Source of the DNA: a virus
DNA: 64,000 nucleotides
Virus record (IMG/VR): IMGVR_UViG_3300042516_004698
Location: 1 to 64,000 of that record
Strand: one strand, 5' to 3'
Shown: one piece after another, positions 37,047 to 47,374 of the stretch
Position numbering within the stretch: the first letter of the stretch is position 1
Layout of the letters: each line of letters starts with the position of its first letter
Position numbers and translations under genes: made by a program
Notes under the pieces: model-generated
What the model was told of the DNA's origin: nothing
What the model saw: only the letters and a program-made list of their open reading frames with translations
The model's database searches: none

Positions 37047-38633
37047 ATGCAAAAATTCACTTACCCACAATCAGACCTAGACAACGGCACAGCTTTGCTT
37101 CGTGTGCTTGGTAGTTTCTGGGCTAGCACGTTCACAGGCCGCGATCAGCTGCGGTCGTACACTACGGGCATAGCTACAGGTGCCGAGCAAATTCAGCGGA
37201 ATTTGCTGGAAACTGTGGCGGCATTGAGCCGGTTTGAGATACCAATATTTCATACCGAAAATTGGTATCCGATTGTTCTACGAAAAAGCCAAGTCAATTT
37301 AACCTCCGCTAATAACTACAAATTTGACACTGACAACCTGCAATTTGGTACTGGCCCGGCTATAACATTTAACGCGCTAGCCAGCCGTGATTTTTACGCG
37401 TTCGCGGCCCCGGCACGATTAGTCGACGCTGCGCACATATTTGATAGGCTGCTGTTTCCGACATTCGCGCTCATTGGCGGCGTAGACTTTTTAGTTGACA
37501 CGGAAAATCAGGTTATTGTTTTCACGCAAAATCCGTTCGATAATGAAAACGTTGTTCGGTATCCGGTGTACGTAGACGACGTGCTTACGGACGAAGAGAT
37601 TACGCTGTGGGCGTTCAAAGCTGATTTTGACTATCAGTACGTATTCAGACAATTTGCGTACGCGCTCGGCATTCAGCTTAAAAGCGCAGAAACCAGCAAA
37701 GCATTCGTTAACGCGATATTTGACGGACTACTTGCCGGTGGCGCATCAGCCGGCGTATTTGAAGCTGCGCTGTCGGCCGTTCTCGATGTGCCGCTCGTTA
37801 AAGAAGACGGCGAGGTGGTCGAGGTAGTGGAGCTCGACGGTAGAGGTTTACTTATCGTCACTAGTAAGCACGTATACCGGTTTTCGAGGTCCGCGTTAGC
37901 GTTAGTCACTGTCGGCCAAGAGGTAAACGCCGGTGATCGCCTTGTTGACGTGCTCGAGATTATCGACCTCAATCGCGGCGAGGTGCCAGATAATTTAACG
38001 GCGCTCGCGCTGGATCAGGGTCTCACGGCAGCCTGTTACTACAGCGACCTGATCTTCGAGAATCGCGACGTGCCGCTGCGTGTCGACTCATCACACCCTA
38101 GCGGCTATACGTACGTCGACTTTCCGCTCGCCGGGTTCCCAGCCGACGTCAGGCATTTTTTTGACGAAATGCATATACGAGGGATCGCGCAAATTCAGCC
38201 CCCGCCGCCCGAGTGCGACACGACGAGTAAACGCAAAACAGGCACGCTAGCGCGTATTCTTGACCGGCGCACAAAACCAATAGACGAGCCAGTAGCGGAC
38301 GACCTGCCGGCTACGATAAATCCGCTCAAGTTTTTGGCGGCAAATGTGCTCAGGAATCACACATTTATTGCAATTATCCGCGTATCCGGATTGGGGGAAA
38401 ATCACTTAGGACTGTACAATATTCGTCATATCCGGCAATTGCTGCCACCGTATGCCGGTGTGTTCATCCTGTATAATTTAGACGGCAAAAGCGACGTTAT
38501 TTCCGGCGAATTTGACGTACAGGCCACCGTAACTCAATTTAAAGGCGCCGAACCGCTTTCAGACAGCGTAGCTTCCGAACTCGTAAGCGATCGCGGCGTT
38601 ATCGTCCGCACAATATCCGGTACCTGCCAATAG
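37047..38633 (+). CDS. putative baseplate wedge protein (gpI/gp7-like)
   Basis: Position after the J-like gene; IRQLLPPY near the C-terminus. Confidence 0.5.
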   Translation: MQKFTYPQSDLDNGTALLRVLGSFWASTFTGRDQLRSYTTGIATGAEQIQRNLLETVAALSRFEIPIFHTENWYPIVLRKSQVNLTSANNYKFDTDNLQFGTGPAITFNALASRDFYAFAAPARLVDAAHIFDRLLFPTFALIGGVDFLVDTENQVIVFTQNPFDNENVVRYPVYVDDVLTDEEITLWAFKADFDYQYVFRQFAYALGIQLKSAETSKAFVNAIFDGLLAGGASAGVFEAALSAVLDVPLVKEDGEVVEVVELDGRGLLIVTSKHVYRFSRSALALVTVGQEVNAGDRLVDVLEIIDLNRGEVPDNLTALALDQGLTAACYYSDLIFENRDVPLRVDSSHPSGYTYVDFPLAGFPADVRHFFDEMHIRGIAQIQPPPPECDTTSKRKTGTLARILDRRTKPIDEPVADDLPATINPLKFLAANVLRNHTFIAIIRVSGLGENHLGLYNIRHIRQLLPPYAGVFILYNLDGKSDVISGEFDVQATVTQFKGAEPLSDSVASELVSDRGVIVRTISGTCQ

Positions 38634-38642
38634 GAATTTGTT

Positions 38643-39278
38643 ATGCCAGCCGACTCAGTTAACGCAAACGGTTCCGGTATTCGGGGGCACGTCACGGTAT
38701 GGCGTATCGACGAAAAGACGGGCATCCGTACGCCGATCGCCGAAAAAGCCAACCAAATTCAAGTCAGCTGGGGGCATATCGCCGCAAAGCAGCTCGGCTT
38801 CCGGCACCAGCCGGATCGCCCCGATTACTTTATCTCCGGCATGTACTTCGAGTACGAAAACCAGTTTAACCCTGAGCAGAACGTTACGGTAACCAGTTTT
38901 GACCGCACGCTTGGACTGCCTTACTACAACTCACTGGCGTCGAACCAGCTTCGTGATTTCCTGCGCGTACCGTTGCGGCTTGAGCCGTCGCTGTCTGTCG
39001 CTGGCTCAAGCCTCGGCGCGGCGGTGTTAACGGCGGCTGCGCAAAGCAATCAGCTGACGTTTTTTGCGCAAACGGCCGGGAGCGCCGGCGTGCACGGAAA
39101 ACAGTTTAGTCATCTTGCCAACAGTAAAGTGTATTCGGCCGCTCTTGTCGCCATGCCTGTGTTTGACGACCGCACCCGCGACGTAATTTTTGCGCGGATT
39201 AATTTCGGCACCAGCGATCAAACGGCTAAAGAGGCGTCATCGCAAATTGGCATTACGTGGGACATCGTATTTGAATAA
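38643..39278 (+). CDS. putative baseplate / fiber attachment protein
   Basis: GIRGHVTVWR...NQI N-terminus and IFARINF...IGITWDIVF C-terminus. Confidence 0.55.
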   Translation: MPADSVNANGSGIRGHVTVWRIDEKTGIRTPIAEKANQIQVSWGHIAAKQLGFRHQPDRPDYFISGMYFEYENQFNPEQNVTVTSFDRTLGLPYYNSLASNQLRDFLRVPLRLEPSLSVAGSSLGAAVLTAAAQSNQLTFFAQTAGSAGVHGKQFSHLANSKVYSAALVAMPVFDDRTRDVIFARINFGTSDQTAKEASSQIGITWDIVFE

Positions 39279-39299
39279 TTAACGCCGCGGAGGACAAGG

Positions 39300-41204
39300 A
39301 TGTCCAACAACTGGCTTTTTAATATCAGGCACATCGCGGCAGGCGAGCCCGTACAGGCAGAAGTTGTCGGTCGGCCGGATAAATCGCTTGAACAGCGTAC
39401 AGATTATCTGAAAGACCGGCTCGACGCGGCGGCGCTTGGGCGTGCGTTATTTGACGTAGACGCCACAATAGCGCCAGACGTGCTGGAGGGGCAGCCCGTG
39501 TTCTGGAACTACCAGACGCAGCGCTATGAGCGCGCTCTGGCGGCTGTAGAAAACGACGACGTTACGCAGACGCTCGTAGTACAGGCCTCGTCTGATTGTC
39601 TGGGGCTGCTGTACAGCAAGAAGTCGCCTACGCTCGGGGATATTGTGCTGCGCGGCATTGTTAAGCTCCCGGGGCTTACTAACGCTATAACCGGGCCAAT
39701 CACGGCCGGCCGCTATTACCTGTCGTCAGAGGCCCCGGGCAAACTGGTGAAGCAGCGCCCGCCTGCTACGGTCTCTGTGTGCTACGTGCAAGGCGCCAAG
39801 GACAGCTGCGCCGCTGATCCGTGGGTTGTGGTAATGCCACAAGTGCGCGACTTCCTTGAGGATCACATTCATTATCGTTTTGAACTGGTCACACGGGCTG
39901 CCGGCGTGCTCTCAACTGCGAACGGCAAAGTGAGCATCACCCAGCCAGACGCCACACTTCAGGGCTGGCTGCCGGCATCGCATGCGGTGTTTAACGGCAA
40001 AGCTCCGGCTGGCGCGGTATTCGGATACAACCTGTCAGCGCACCTGCAGCTGTCCCGTGTGTGGCCGCCGCAGCCTGTCAGCGCCGTAGCTATGCTTTGG
40101 GATAAAGGCCAGAACCTTGTAGGCGCGACTGAAATACCGCTTGGCCGAGAAGGCTTGGCCATATGCGACGCCAACGGTATCTGGTGGACGAGCGACTGCG
40201 TAGGCGACGTTCCGTGGGTTGCAGGCGTATCCAGCTCATCTTCATCTTCATCTTCATCTTCAAGCTCGAGCGCTAGTTTGAGCGCCGCGGCAGAGTGCCC
40301 GCGTGACGAGCGTATGCGCGTCATTGTCGTGTTTCTGCGCATGGTATTCGGTAATGATCGCAGCGTAGTCACGAGCTTGCAGGCCGGTCCCGGTAGCCCG
40401 ATCCGCGTAACTAATTGCGACGGGCTGGTTGCTAAAACTGGCGACCTCGAATTAAACCTCGATCTCAACTTAGCAATTAAACCGCCCGACCTTGATGGCG
40501 CGCGCGTACTCAAGCGAATTGAAGACGGGTATAAATTTCGGCAGGGGTGGGTAACCGAAGGCGTTGTGAGCGGCTCTGCGCCAATTGTTGTAACAAGCTA
40601 CCCAAGCAATCCAGTGGCGGCGCGTGCGCTTACCGCCGCCGAAAAAACAGGGTTGGGTTTTCCCGCAGAAGCGGACATAACGGCGCAGCGCGGCTTAGTC
40701 AAAATCTCGTTTAATGACGCGCTCGTCGAACGCGAACTGTCGCCGCAAATCATACGGCTATCGGACGCCGTGGAGCGGCTCTACAAAGACGTGCCGTATA
40801 TCGGGTTTCCATCCGGACAAGACTCGTTGGTGCGCGTCCGGTTTATTGTGCCAGCTGCCGGGCTTGGGTTGGGTCTGCAGGTTGTATTGCGCGCGCAGTT
40901 ACTCGGTCTCAGCACTGGCGCCTTACCAGAACTCGAAGTTACATATCGCAGATTGCCAAGACCCGCTGGCGCGCCGATCTCGCTTGTAGCCGTAGACGTA
41001 TCGCCGGCGTTGGCGTTTGCTTCAAATGTAGCCGTAACGGCAAACAACGTTGTGGAGATTGAAAGCGCGCCGTTTCCTGTTGCTGAGGGCGATACCGTAC
41101 TTGTTACCATGCGGCGTCGTTTAGTCGGCGGCGGCTCAGACGGATATCTCGGCGAGGTCGGTTTGTTGCGTTTATCTGGAATAGTCACCAATGTTGGGCC
41201 GTAA
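39300..41204 (+). CDS. putative tail fiber-associated structural protein
   Basis: LEQRTDYLKDRL motif typical of fiber N-termini; internal Ser run. Confidence 0.55.
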   Translation: MSNNWLFNIRHIAAGEPVQAEVVGRPDKSLEQRTDYLKDRLDAAALGRALFDVDATIAPDVLEGQPVFWNYQTQRYERALAAVENDDVTQTLVVQASSDCLGLLYSKKSPTLGDIVLRGIVKLPGLTNAITGPITAGRYYLSSEAPGKLVKQRPPATVSVCYVQGAKDSCAADPWVVVMPQVRDFLEDHIHYRFELVTRAAGVLSTANGKVSITQPDATLQGWLPASHAVFNGKAPAGAVFGYNLSAHLQLSRVWPPQPVSAVAMLWDKGQNLVGATEIPLGREGLAICDANGIWWTSDCVGDVPWVAGVSSSSSSSSSSSSSSASLSAAAECPRDERMRVIVVFLRMVFGNDRSVVTSLQAGPGSPIRVTNCDGLVAKTGDLELNLDLNLAIKPPDLDGARVLKRIEDGYKFRQGWVTEGVVSGSAPIVVTSYPSNPVAARALTAAEKTGLGFPAEADITAQRGLVKISFNDALVERELSPQIIRLSDAVERLYKDVPYIGFPSGQDSLVRVRFIVPAAGLGLGLQVVLRAQLLGLSTGALPELEVTYRRLPRPAGAPISLVAVDVSPALAFASNVAVTANNVVEIESAPFPVAEGDTVLVTMRRRLVGGGSDGYLGEVGLLRLSGIVTNVGP

Positions 41205-41206
41205 CA

Positions 41207-42157
41207 ATGCCACTCGGAAACTGGAACCTACAGTGGTTAAACCACAACTCGCAACGGTCGTATCCGCTAACGGAACGCGCGAGCAAGGTAGACGCTACGG
41301 GCACAATCCGTATTCCAGATAGCTTTATTGTTGCGCTGTATCTACCTGTTCACGTAACGTTAAACATTCAGCTCGATCAGTTTTACGTGAAAACGTTACT
41401 GATCTCGCCGATAGGCTACGCGATAGGCGTCGGATATTCCTCCGATAGCGGTGAAACGTTAGTGGCTAACGTAAGTATCACCAAGGCTACGCACCGACCG
41501 AATATGACTTACGCACTCGCCGGCGTAGACGATTTTGCTGATACCATCGGTCAAGTTGTGATCGGCAGCCTCGACGAAATCGATCAGCTGCCGGCCGGGC
41601 TGTACTCATTTACTTTCAGCGCCGGCGAGATCGAGTCCGACGCTATTCGCCCGATGTTGCGCGGAATATCGGCGCTGCGGGTTGTTAACGGTTCTGAAAA
41701 CAGTCCGCTGCTGTACGGCGACATCGAACTGCTTGCCGGCGCGAATATGCGAATTGATTACGCTATAAATACAAATACCGGCAATCCTAGGATAACGTTC
41801 AACGCTATTGCAAACACAGATCTGAATACCGTCTGCACGTGCGACGTTACCGAAAAGGGCGAGTGCATTCGCTGCATTAATGGGCTGTGTTCCGGCGACG
41901 GCGATTACAACATCGGCGGCGGTGATTGTATTAGTGTAGCGACGTCTTCTACCGGTATTCAGCTTGAAGACATTTGCGCGACGCCGTGCTGTGGTTGCGC
42001 AGAGCTTGACGCGCTTAAAACGCAAATAGACCGCTTCAGTGACGGCGTGACCACCATGCAGAATTTCGTGACGCGCTTGGGCTCCGAGGTTACGCAAATG
42101 AACCTCGTTGTTTTAGGTAGCCGCCTCGGCGACGCCGGTTGCAACACGTGCGGGTAA
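41207..42157 (+). CDS. Cys-rich structural protein, YP(L/F) paralog 1
   Basis: NHNSQRSYPL; IRCINGL; PCCGC followed by a coiled coil. Confidence 0.65.
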   Translation: MPLGNWNLQWLNHNSQRSYPLTERASKVDATGTIRIPDSFIVALYLPVHVTLNIQLDQFYVKTLLISPIGYAIGVGYSSDSGETLVANVSITKATHRPNMTYALAGVDDFADTIGQVVIGSLDEIDQLPAGLYSFTFSAGEIESDAIRPMLRGISALRVVNGSENSPLLYGDIELLAGANMRIDYAINTNTGNPRITFNAIANTDLNTVCTCDVTEKGECIRCINGLCSGDGDYNIGGGDCISVATSSTGIQLEDICATPCCGCAELDALKTQIDRFSDGVTTMQNFVTRLGSEVTQMNLVVLGSRLGDAGCNTCG

Positions 42158-42160
42158 ACC

Positions 42161-43678
42161 ATGAGTTGCGACATAATATACACGCCAGACGGGCGCCGCG
42201 GGATAGGCGTGAACCAGCCGCAAAGCGGGCTGGATTATCCGCTTATTGCGCCGTCAGCTGATATTCAGTATCTGCTGGCTGACGTTTATCTGGCGTACGA
42301 AGACACGGCGCAAGAATTCAAGCACCCGTTGCGCATTAAATGGCTGTACGGCGTGGGTTGCGCTCCAAATACCGCGCCGTCATGGGCGCCAACGCCTACG
42401 CACGCCGCCGACGTTTTAATTGTCGATGCGGACGAGCGTACCGTGTTTAATTCGACAGCGCTCGGCGCGGATACAGGAATTGCGCGTTTTGCCACGTGGT
42501 GCTGGGGGTTGAAAAAAACTTCCAACAATTGCTTAAACGACTACGCATACCGGGCCTATGAGTGGATCAGCAACAAAGCTGTTTGCCGGCTAATTGTTTA
42601 TCAAACGTGGCCGCCATCCGCGGCTGACGCGGATTCTGACGCCGTGCGCGAATATCCGGTCAATCTAGCGCCGACGAACGCCACGTTAGACGAGCGCGCT
42701 GTATATAAGATGCCAAAACGCGTTACGTCGTTTATTCTGCCGGCCCTCAACAACATTAAACTTACCCGAACGGCTGCGGATTTTGCGGCGGGATTCAACA
42801 CAGCGCTAACGGCAGGCGACGAAGAAATACGAAATCTAAGAAAAACACGGCAAATAACGTTTAACGTCGAACCGGGCGCCGGGCTCGGGAAGTACGCTGA
42901 CTGTACGGATCCAGAGACGCCAATTTACCGGATTAACGGATTAACTGGACCGGACATACTGATAACCGCAGATAAGTGTTTGTGGATGCGTATCCCCACA
43001 GAGTTTAATGCCAACTCGACCGCGCTGATTCCAGTAAAACAAAATTCACACGCTACGCAAATAATAGGCAGTAACTGCCCGGCATGTTGCACGTGCGACG
43101 ATTATGTCGATCTCGCTAATTACATGAATGTTACGCGAGACCGCTACAAACAAATAGGCGGCGATGTGAGCGGCGTGCTGCTGGCGCACTCTAACAATAT
43201 TGAGCGCTGGGGTACGCAACGCGAGTGTCGTGTGCGCACGCCTATTAAAACATGTATGACGGCGCAACGCTGCCCGTTTATGGATGTAATTGTGCAGTAT
43301 TGCAATTTATGTGAAAAATGTGCTGAAAATGTGACATTAAATTTGGCGTTTACCGCGCCCGGAAATTCCGCCACAATAGCGTGCGGCTATACGACTGTAA
43401 CAAATAAAGAAATAAAAGGCGGGTTGTACCAGCTTGGCGGCGGTTGGCCTAACTACACAGCGAATCTCGGTAAGGTTGATGCCGGAAACTCTGCTAGCGT
43501 AACGTTTAGGCTGGAATTTGCGAACTCTTCGCCAACAGCTGTCGGCTTAACTGCTACAGGAACAACAAAGACAGGGCCGATTCTAGCTGGGTGCGCCGCA
43601 GGTCTAGATCCAGCTGCCGCAAATATAACAAAATCACTCTATTGCGATAGCGCTGGTAATACCGTCCCTGTGTGCTAA
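42161..43678 (+). CDS. Cys-rich structural protein, YP(L/F) paralog 2
   Basis: GLDYPL; IYRINGL; CPACCTC. Confidence 0.65.
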   Translation: MSCDIIYTPDGRRGIGVNQPQSGLDYPLIAPSADIQYLLADVYLAYEDTAQEFKHPLRIKWLYGVGCAPNTAPSWAPTPTHAADVLIVDADERTVFNSTALGADTGIARFATWCWGLKKTSNNCLNDYAYRAYEWISNKAVCRLIVYQTWPPSAADADSDAVREYPVNLAPTNATLDERAVYKMPKRVTSFILPALNNIKLTRTAADFAAGFNTALTAGDEEIRNLRKTRQITFNVEPGAGLGKYADCTDPETPIYRINGLTGPDILITADKCLWMRIPTEFNANSTALIPVKQNSHATQIIGSNCPACCTCDDYVDLANYMNVTRDRYKQIGGDVSGVLLAHSNNIERWGTQRECRVRTPIKTCMTAQRCPFMDVIVQYCNLCEKCAENVTLNLAFTAPGNSATIACGYTTVTNKEIKGGLYQLGGGWPNYTANLGKVDAGNSASVTFRLEFANSSPTAVGLTATGTTKTGPILAGCAAGLDPAAANITKSLYCDSAGNTVPVC

Positions 43679-43684
43679 TAAATC

Positions 43685-46600
43685 ATGCCTGTACGTAATC
43701 AAAATTGGTACGATCTGCAAGCTGGTAGGCGCTACCCGCTTGACGATCTCAGCACCGGTTTAGACGATGCTGGCGCATTTATTGACGACAGCATCCTAGT
43801 CGATTGCCACATACGCTTTCCAAATAATCTCGGCGCGGTGGCTTTTGTGCAGGCCATCACGGTATCCAATACGCTTGTTACCGTGCTTATTGGTACGGCT
43901 GACGCAGCGCACACGCAGAGCAGCATACGCACAATAGCGGCCGTAAATATTGCGAAGCCGGCGCAGCTGAATAAAAACTACCCGATAACCGCGCTTATTC
44001 CGGGCGTCGCCGGTTGGGTAGTTTTCGGCGCAGGCATTAAAAATGATTTCATAGCGCGATACGCGACGCCTGCTCAATCACTTATATTGCCGCGATGCGC
44101 CCGGCCTTACCGCCCGTTACCCATTCCGACAATCGGCAAAGTTAACTTAGCTACAGCACTCAGCGGCATTGTGGATCTGGACGTTGTAGCGCCAATTGTG
44201 GCCGAGCGAAAAACAATAACGATCGCTGGTAAAGTTGTTGCCGCTATTGAGTTTCGATTAGACGGCAATTTAACGAACGTAGAGTACAATCCGTACGAAT
44301 ACTTTTTGGGTGAGTGCGGACAGCGGCCAGAGAGCGGCACGTGCCCGAAGCAACCCATCGAAACAATCAACGGCGTAACACCCGATTGCGATGGCAACAT
44401 CACAATTATCGGCGACGGTATAAGTGTTTACCCGTTCGTCCCCGGCGGCGGAATAGGGATCGACATACCGCTCGGGCTGGCCGATATCTGCGATAAAAAA
44501 AGATACGAGCCGCCGCGGCAAGGTTCTGATGTGTGTATAAGCTCGTCAAGCAGCCTCGGCAGCAATCCGCCTGTCATCGGGTCATCTTCGTCGAGCGCTG
44601 GTATTGTTGTCCCGCCGTCGTCCAGCTCTAGCTCCTCTACAGCTTCAGCGGCGAGTCAGTCGCTCGGCAGTTTACCGTTTTGCCAGCCATTTACAGGAAA
44701 TATGGCTGAGTTGCTGGCTACAGTATCCGGGCGGTTCACAGCCAGAACGCAACAATCCCCGGAAAAATGTACTGGGCTCAGCTCCGCGTCAATAGCCGGG
44801 CAAGTAGCGCAAATGCGCATGACGCCAGCCGAACTACCTCGCGAGCAATTCGCAGCGGGCGTTAATTCCGCAAATTTCAATAATTGCGCTATTTGGGACG
44901 GTCTGATTGGTAATCTTACTACTGTTGGAAGTAATGGCGGACCCAGCGCATACGGAACTTTTGATCAAACGGGAAACCTACGTCAGTGGTACGACTTCGC
45001 GGGTAATCTCTCGATTCGCGGAATTAAAGGCGGCACGTGGTCTAACAACGATGCGTTCTTCTTGACATCCGCCCCGAGCAGCTTCAGCGAACCGGGAGCT
45101 GCGGACGCATCCATCGGTTTTCGTGTCGCAAGTTCTTTTTCTACGCCTAACCCTTTAAATTTTTCTAACTTCGTGTCTGTTGGCGACATTAATAACACCG
45201 CTGATACTGGTGGCGCAGTAGGCCTCGGTAGTGTAGATTACGCTTACGCTATAGGAAAATATAACGTTACCAATAGTGAATATGTAGAATTTTTAAATGC
45301 TGTCGCCGCAACTGACACGTACGCGCTTTACAATGTTAGTATGGCAGCCGCTCGTGGCGGTATCACTAGGTCGGGCGTTAGTGGCGGGTTTTTCTACACC
45401 GTAAAAACTAATTACGGCAACAAGCCGGTCAACTGGGTGAGTTGGTATGACTGCGCACGGTATTGTAATTGGCTGCACAATGGAAAACCCACTGGACTGC
45501 AAAACAACAGCACGACCGAGGACGGCGCTTATACTTTAAATGGCGTAACTACTGGAAACGCTGTCGTCAAGAACGCCGGAGCAAAATACCACGTCCCAAC
45601 AGAAAATGAATGGTACAAGGCAGCCTATTACAAAGGCGGCGGAACCAATGCTGGTTATTGGCAATATGCAACACAAAGCAACATTGCTCCAACCTGCGTT
45701 AGCGCAAATAGCGTAGGCGATGGGCTTGCCGTACCTAGCTCCAGCTCTAGTAGCTCCAGCTCCAGCAGTCGGTCAAGCTCCAGCTCCAGAAGCTCTAGTA
45801 GCTCTAGCTCCAGTAGCTCGTCGCCGCGGCCTAATGCGGTGTCAAATATTACAGCTACTACAACAAGCGCGACAACAGTATTGCTGACGTGGTTTTCAAA
45901 TAACCCTGACTGGCAATATTTTTCTGTGTCTTTTTCACAGGTAGCGCCAGCAGGCGGTGGCGGTATATATTATCTAGGTCCGCCTAATTTTCCCGGATCA
46001 AGCAATATAAGATCGTGGACGCTGCCGGGTGTTGTAAGCAGTTATCGCTATCAAGTTACAATTACACCGCGGGCAAACGCCACCACTAGCGCCGCGGCCG
46101 TGGGGCCATCTGATTCGATTACGTTCACAGCGGCGTACAATTCCAGCTCGAGTAGTAGCTCTAGTTCGCTGTCTAGCTCAAGCTCTAGCAGCAGCTCAAA
46201 TTCAGTTAGCTCGTCAAGTTCCAGCTCTAGCAGCAGCTCAAATTCAGTTAGCTCGTCAAGTTCCAGCTCTAGCAGCAGCTCAAATTCAGTTAGCTCGTCA
46301 AGTTCCAGCTCTAGTAGCTTGTCTAGTTCAAGTTCTGTGTCTAGCTCAAGCTCCAGCTCCCGCTCCAGTTCAAGCTCTAACTCCAGCTCGAGCTCCCGCT
46401 CTAGTTCAAGCTCCAGCTCAAGATCAAGCTCTAGCTCAAGATCAAGCTCCAGCTCCCGCTCCAGCTCAAGCTCCAGTTCAAGCTCCAGCTCCCGCTCCAG
46501 CTCAAGCTCAAGCTCCAGTTCAAGCTCAAGCTCCCGCTCCAGTTCAAGCTCAAGCTCCAGTTCAAGCTCAAGCTCCAGCTCTAATTCAAGCTCTAGCTCA

Positions 46601-47371
46601 AGTTCAAGCTCAAGCTCTAATTCAAGCTCTAGCTCAAGTTCAAGCTCAAGTTCCAGCTCCAACAGTTTGTCTAGTTCCAGCTCAGAAATCCCATCTAGCG
46701 CGATCAGCCAATCGAGCTCCGACAGCTTGTCTAGCTCAAGCTCTAGTTCCAGCTCTAATTCACGCTCTAGCTCAAGCTCCAGCTCTAATTCACGCTCTAG
46801 CTCAAGCTCCAGCAGCCGATCAAGCTCCAGCTCAAGCAGTCGGCGCGCTATTACACAATTAAATCAGGTTATATACGCATCAGACGACGTATTTGCGACA
46901 AATATCGCCGTTCTGAAAAATTACCCGACAGATTGGGCCGCAAATAAACGCATATCGACCGAGTTTAAAATTGCGCCGGGCATCACAAATAATGCCGGCC
47001 TCGTATTCAATTATTTACCGCCAACAACGCTTACTGGCGCGCCCACCTATCTTGTCGCCGCTGTCGATGCTGATCGCGGCACGTTTATGTTGCTGCGCTA
47101 TAACGGCTCCACTTTCGTTGCGGAGTACACATTAGCGTTGTCCGCAGCGAATTTTGTGTTCGACGCTACGCAATGGCATAAAATAACAGTTACGCCTGTT
47201 ATTGCCGACGGCGTATCCGGCGTAACTGTGCACTGTACGCTTGCTGATAGCGCCGGCAATCAGCAAGTTGCGTTCAGTGTATCAGTGGCTAATTACGGCG
47301 CACCGATTGGCACCAGCGGAATATTTGCTGATCGGGCGTACACTTATTTCAATAATTTAACGGTTGAGTGA
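43685..47371 (+). CDS. putative receptor-binding protein: paralog 3 with permuted FGE-sulfatase (C-lectin) domain, FN3-like domain and poly-Ser
   Basis: AGRRYPL; IETINGV; FGE motifs PVNWVSWYDCARYCNWL, PTENEWYKAA, YGTFDQTGN, GGTW, IGFRV. Confidence 0.75.
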   Translation: MPVRNQNWYDLQAGRRYPLDDLSTGLDDAGAFIDDSILVDCHIRFPNNLGAVAFVQAITVSNTLVTVLIGTADAAHTQSSIRTIAAVNIAKPAQLNKNYPITALIPGVAGWVVFGAGIKNDFIARYATPAQSLILPRCARPYRPLPIPTIGKVNLATALSGIVDLDVVAPIVAERKTITIAGKVVAAIEFRLDGNLTNVEYNPYEYFLGECGQRPESGTCPKQPIETINGVTPDCDGNITIIGDGISVYPFVPGGGIGIDIPLGLADICDKKRYEPPRQGSDVCISSSSSLGSNPPVIGSSSSSAGIVVPPSSSSSSSTASAASQSLGSLPFCQPFTGNMAELLATVSGRFTARTQQSPEKCTGLSSASIAGQVAQMRMTPAELPREQFAAGVNSANFNNCAIWDGLIGNLTTVGSNGGPSAYGTFDQTGNLRQWYDFAGNLSIRGIKGGTWSNNDAFFLTSAPSSFSEPGAADASIGFRVASSFSTPNPLNFSNFVSVGDINNTADTGGAVGLGSVDYAYAIGKYNVTNSEYVEFLNAVAATDTYALYNVSMAAARGGITRSGVSGGFFYTVKTNYGNKPVNWVSWYDCARYCNWLHNGKPTGLQNNSTTEDGAYTLNGVTTGNAVVKNAGAKYHVPTENEWYKAAYYKGGGTNAGYWQYATQSNIAPTCVSANSVGDGLAVPSSSSSSSSSSSRSSSSSRSSSSSSSSSSSPRPNAVSNITATTTSATTVLLTWFSNNPDWQYFSVSFSQVAPAGGGGIYYLGPPNFPGSSNIRSWTLPGVVSSYRYQVTITPRANATTSAAAVGPSDSITFTAAYNSSSSSSSSSLSSSSSSSSSNSVSSSSSSSSSSSNSVSSSSSSSSSSSNSVSSSSSSSSSLSSSSSVSSSSSSSRSSSSSNSSSSSRSSSSSSSRSSSSSRSSSSSRSSSSSSSSSSSRSSSSSSSSSSSSSRSSSSSSSSSSSSSSSNSSSSSSSSSSSNSSSSSSSSSSSSSNSLSSSSSEIPSSAISQSSSDSLSSSSSSSSSNSRSSSSSSSNSRSSSSSSSRSSSSSSSRRAITQLNQVIYASDDVFATNIAVLKNYPTDWAANKRISTEFKIAPGITNNAGLVFNYLPPTTLTGAPTYLVAAVDADRGTFMLLRYNGSTFVAEYTLALSAANFVFDATQWHKITVTPVIADGVSGVTVHCTLADSAGNQQVAFSVSVANYGAPIGTSGIFADRAYTYFNNLTVE
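46141..46840 (+). repeat. poly-serine coding repeat (TCN-AGY units) including three exact 42-bp copies
   Basis: About 230 mostly Ser codons; CTCTAGCAGCAGCTCAAATTCAGTTAGCTCGTCAAGTTCCAG x3 at 46183-46308. Confidence 0.95.
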
Positions 47372-47374
47372 CGT

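Noticed and set aside
18571-39278. Bacterial contractile injection system, tailocin or T6SS interpretation
   Set aside because: Linked capsid, protease, scaffold, RNAP and primase-like genes indicate a phage.
44864-45724. Complete diversity-generating retroelement
   Set aside because: Only a potential target fold is present; no reverse transcriptase, template repeat or accessory gene is seen in the window.
46183-46308. 42-bp direct repeats as a possible CRISPR array
   Set aside because: Head-to-tail with no spacers, in-frame coding, and no cas genes in the window.
46051-46662. Minus-strand (EL)n ORF, and a similar one at 52849-53103
   Set aside because: Direct consequence of reverse-complementing TCN-AGY serine repeats.
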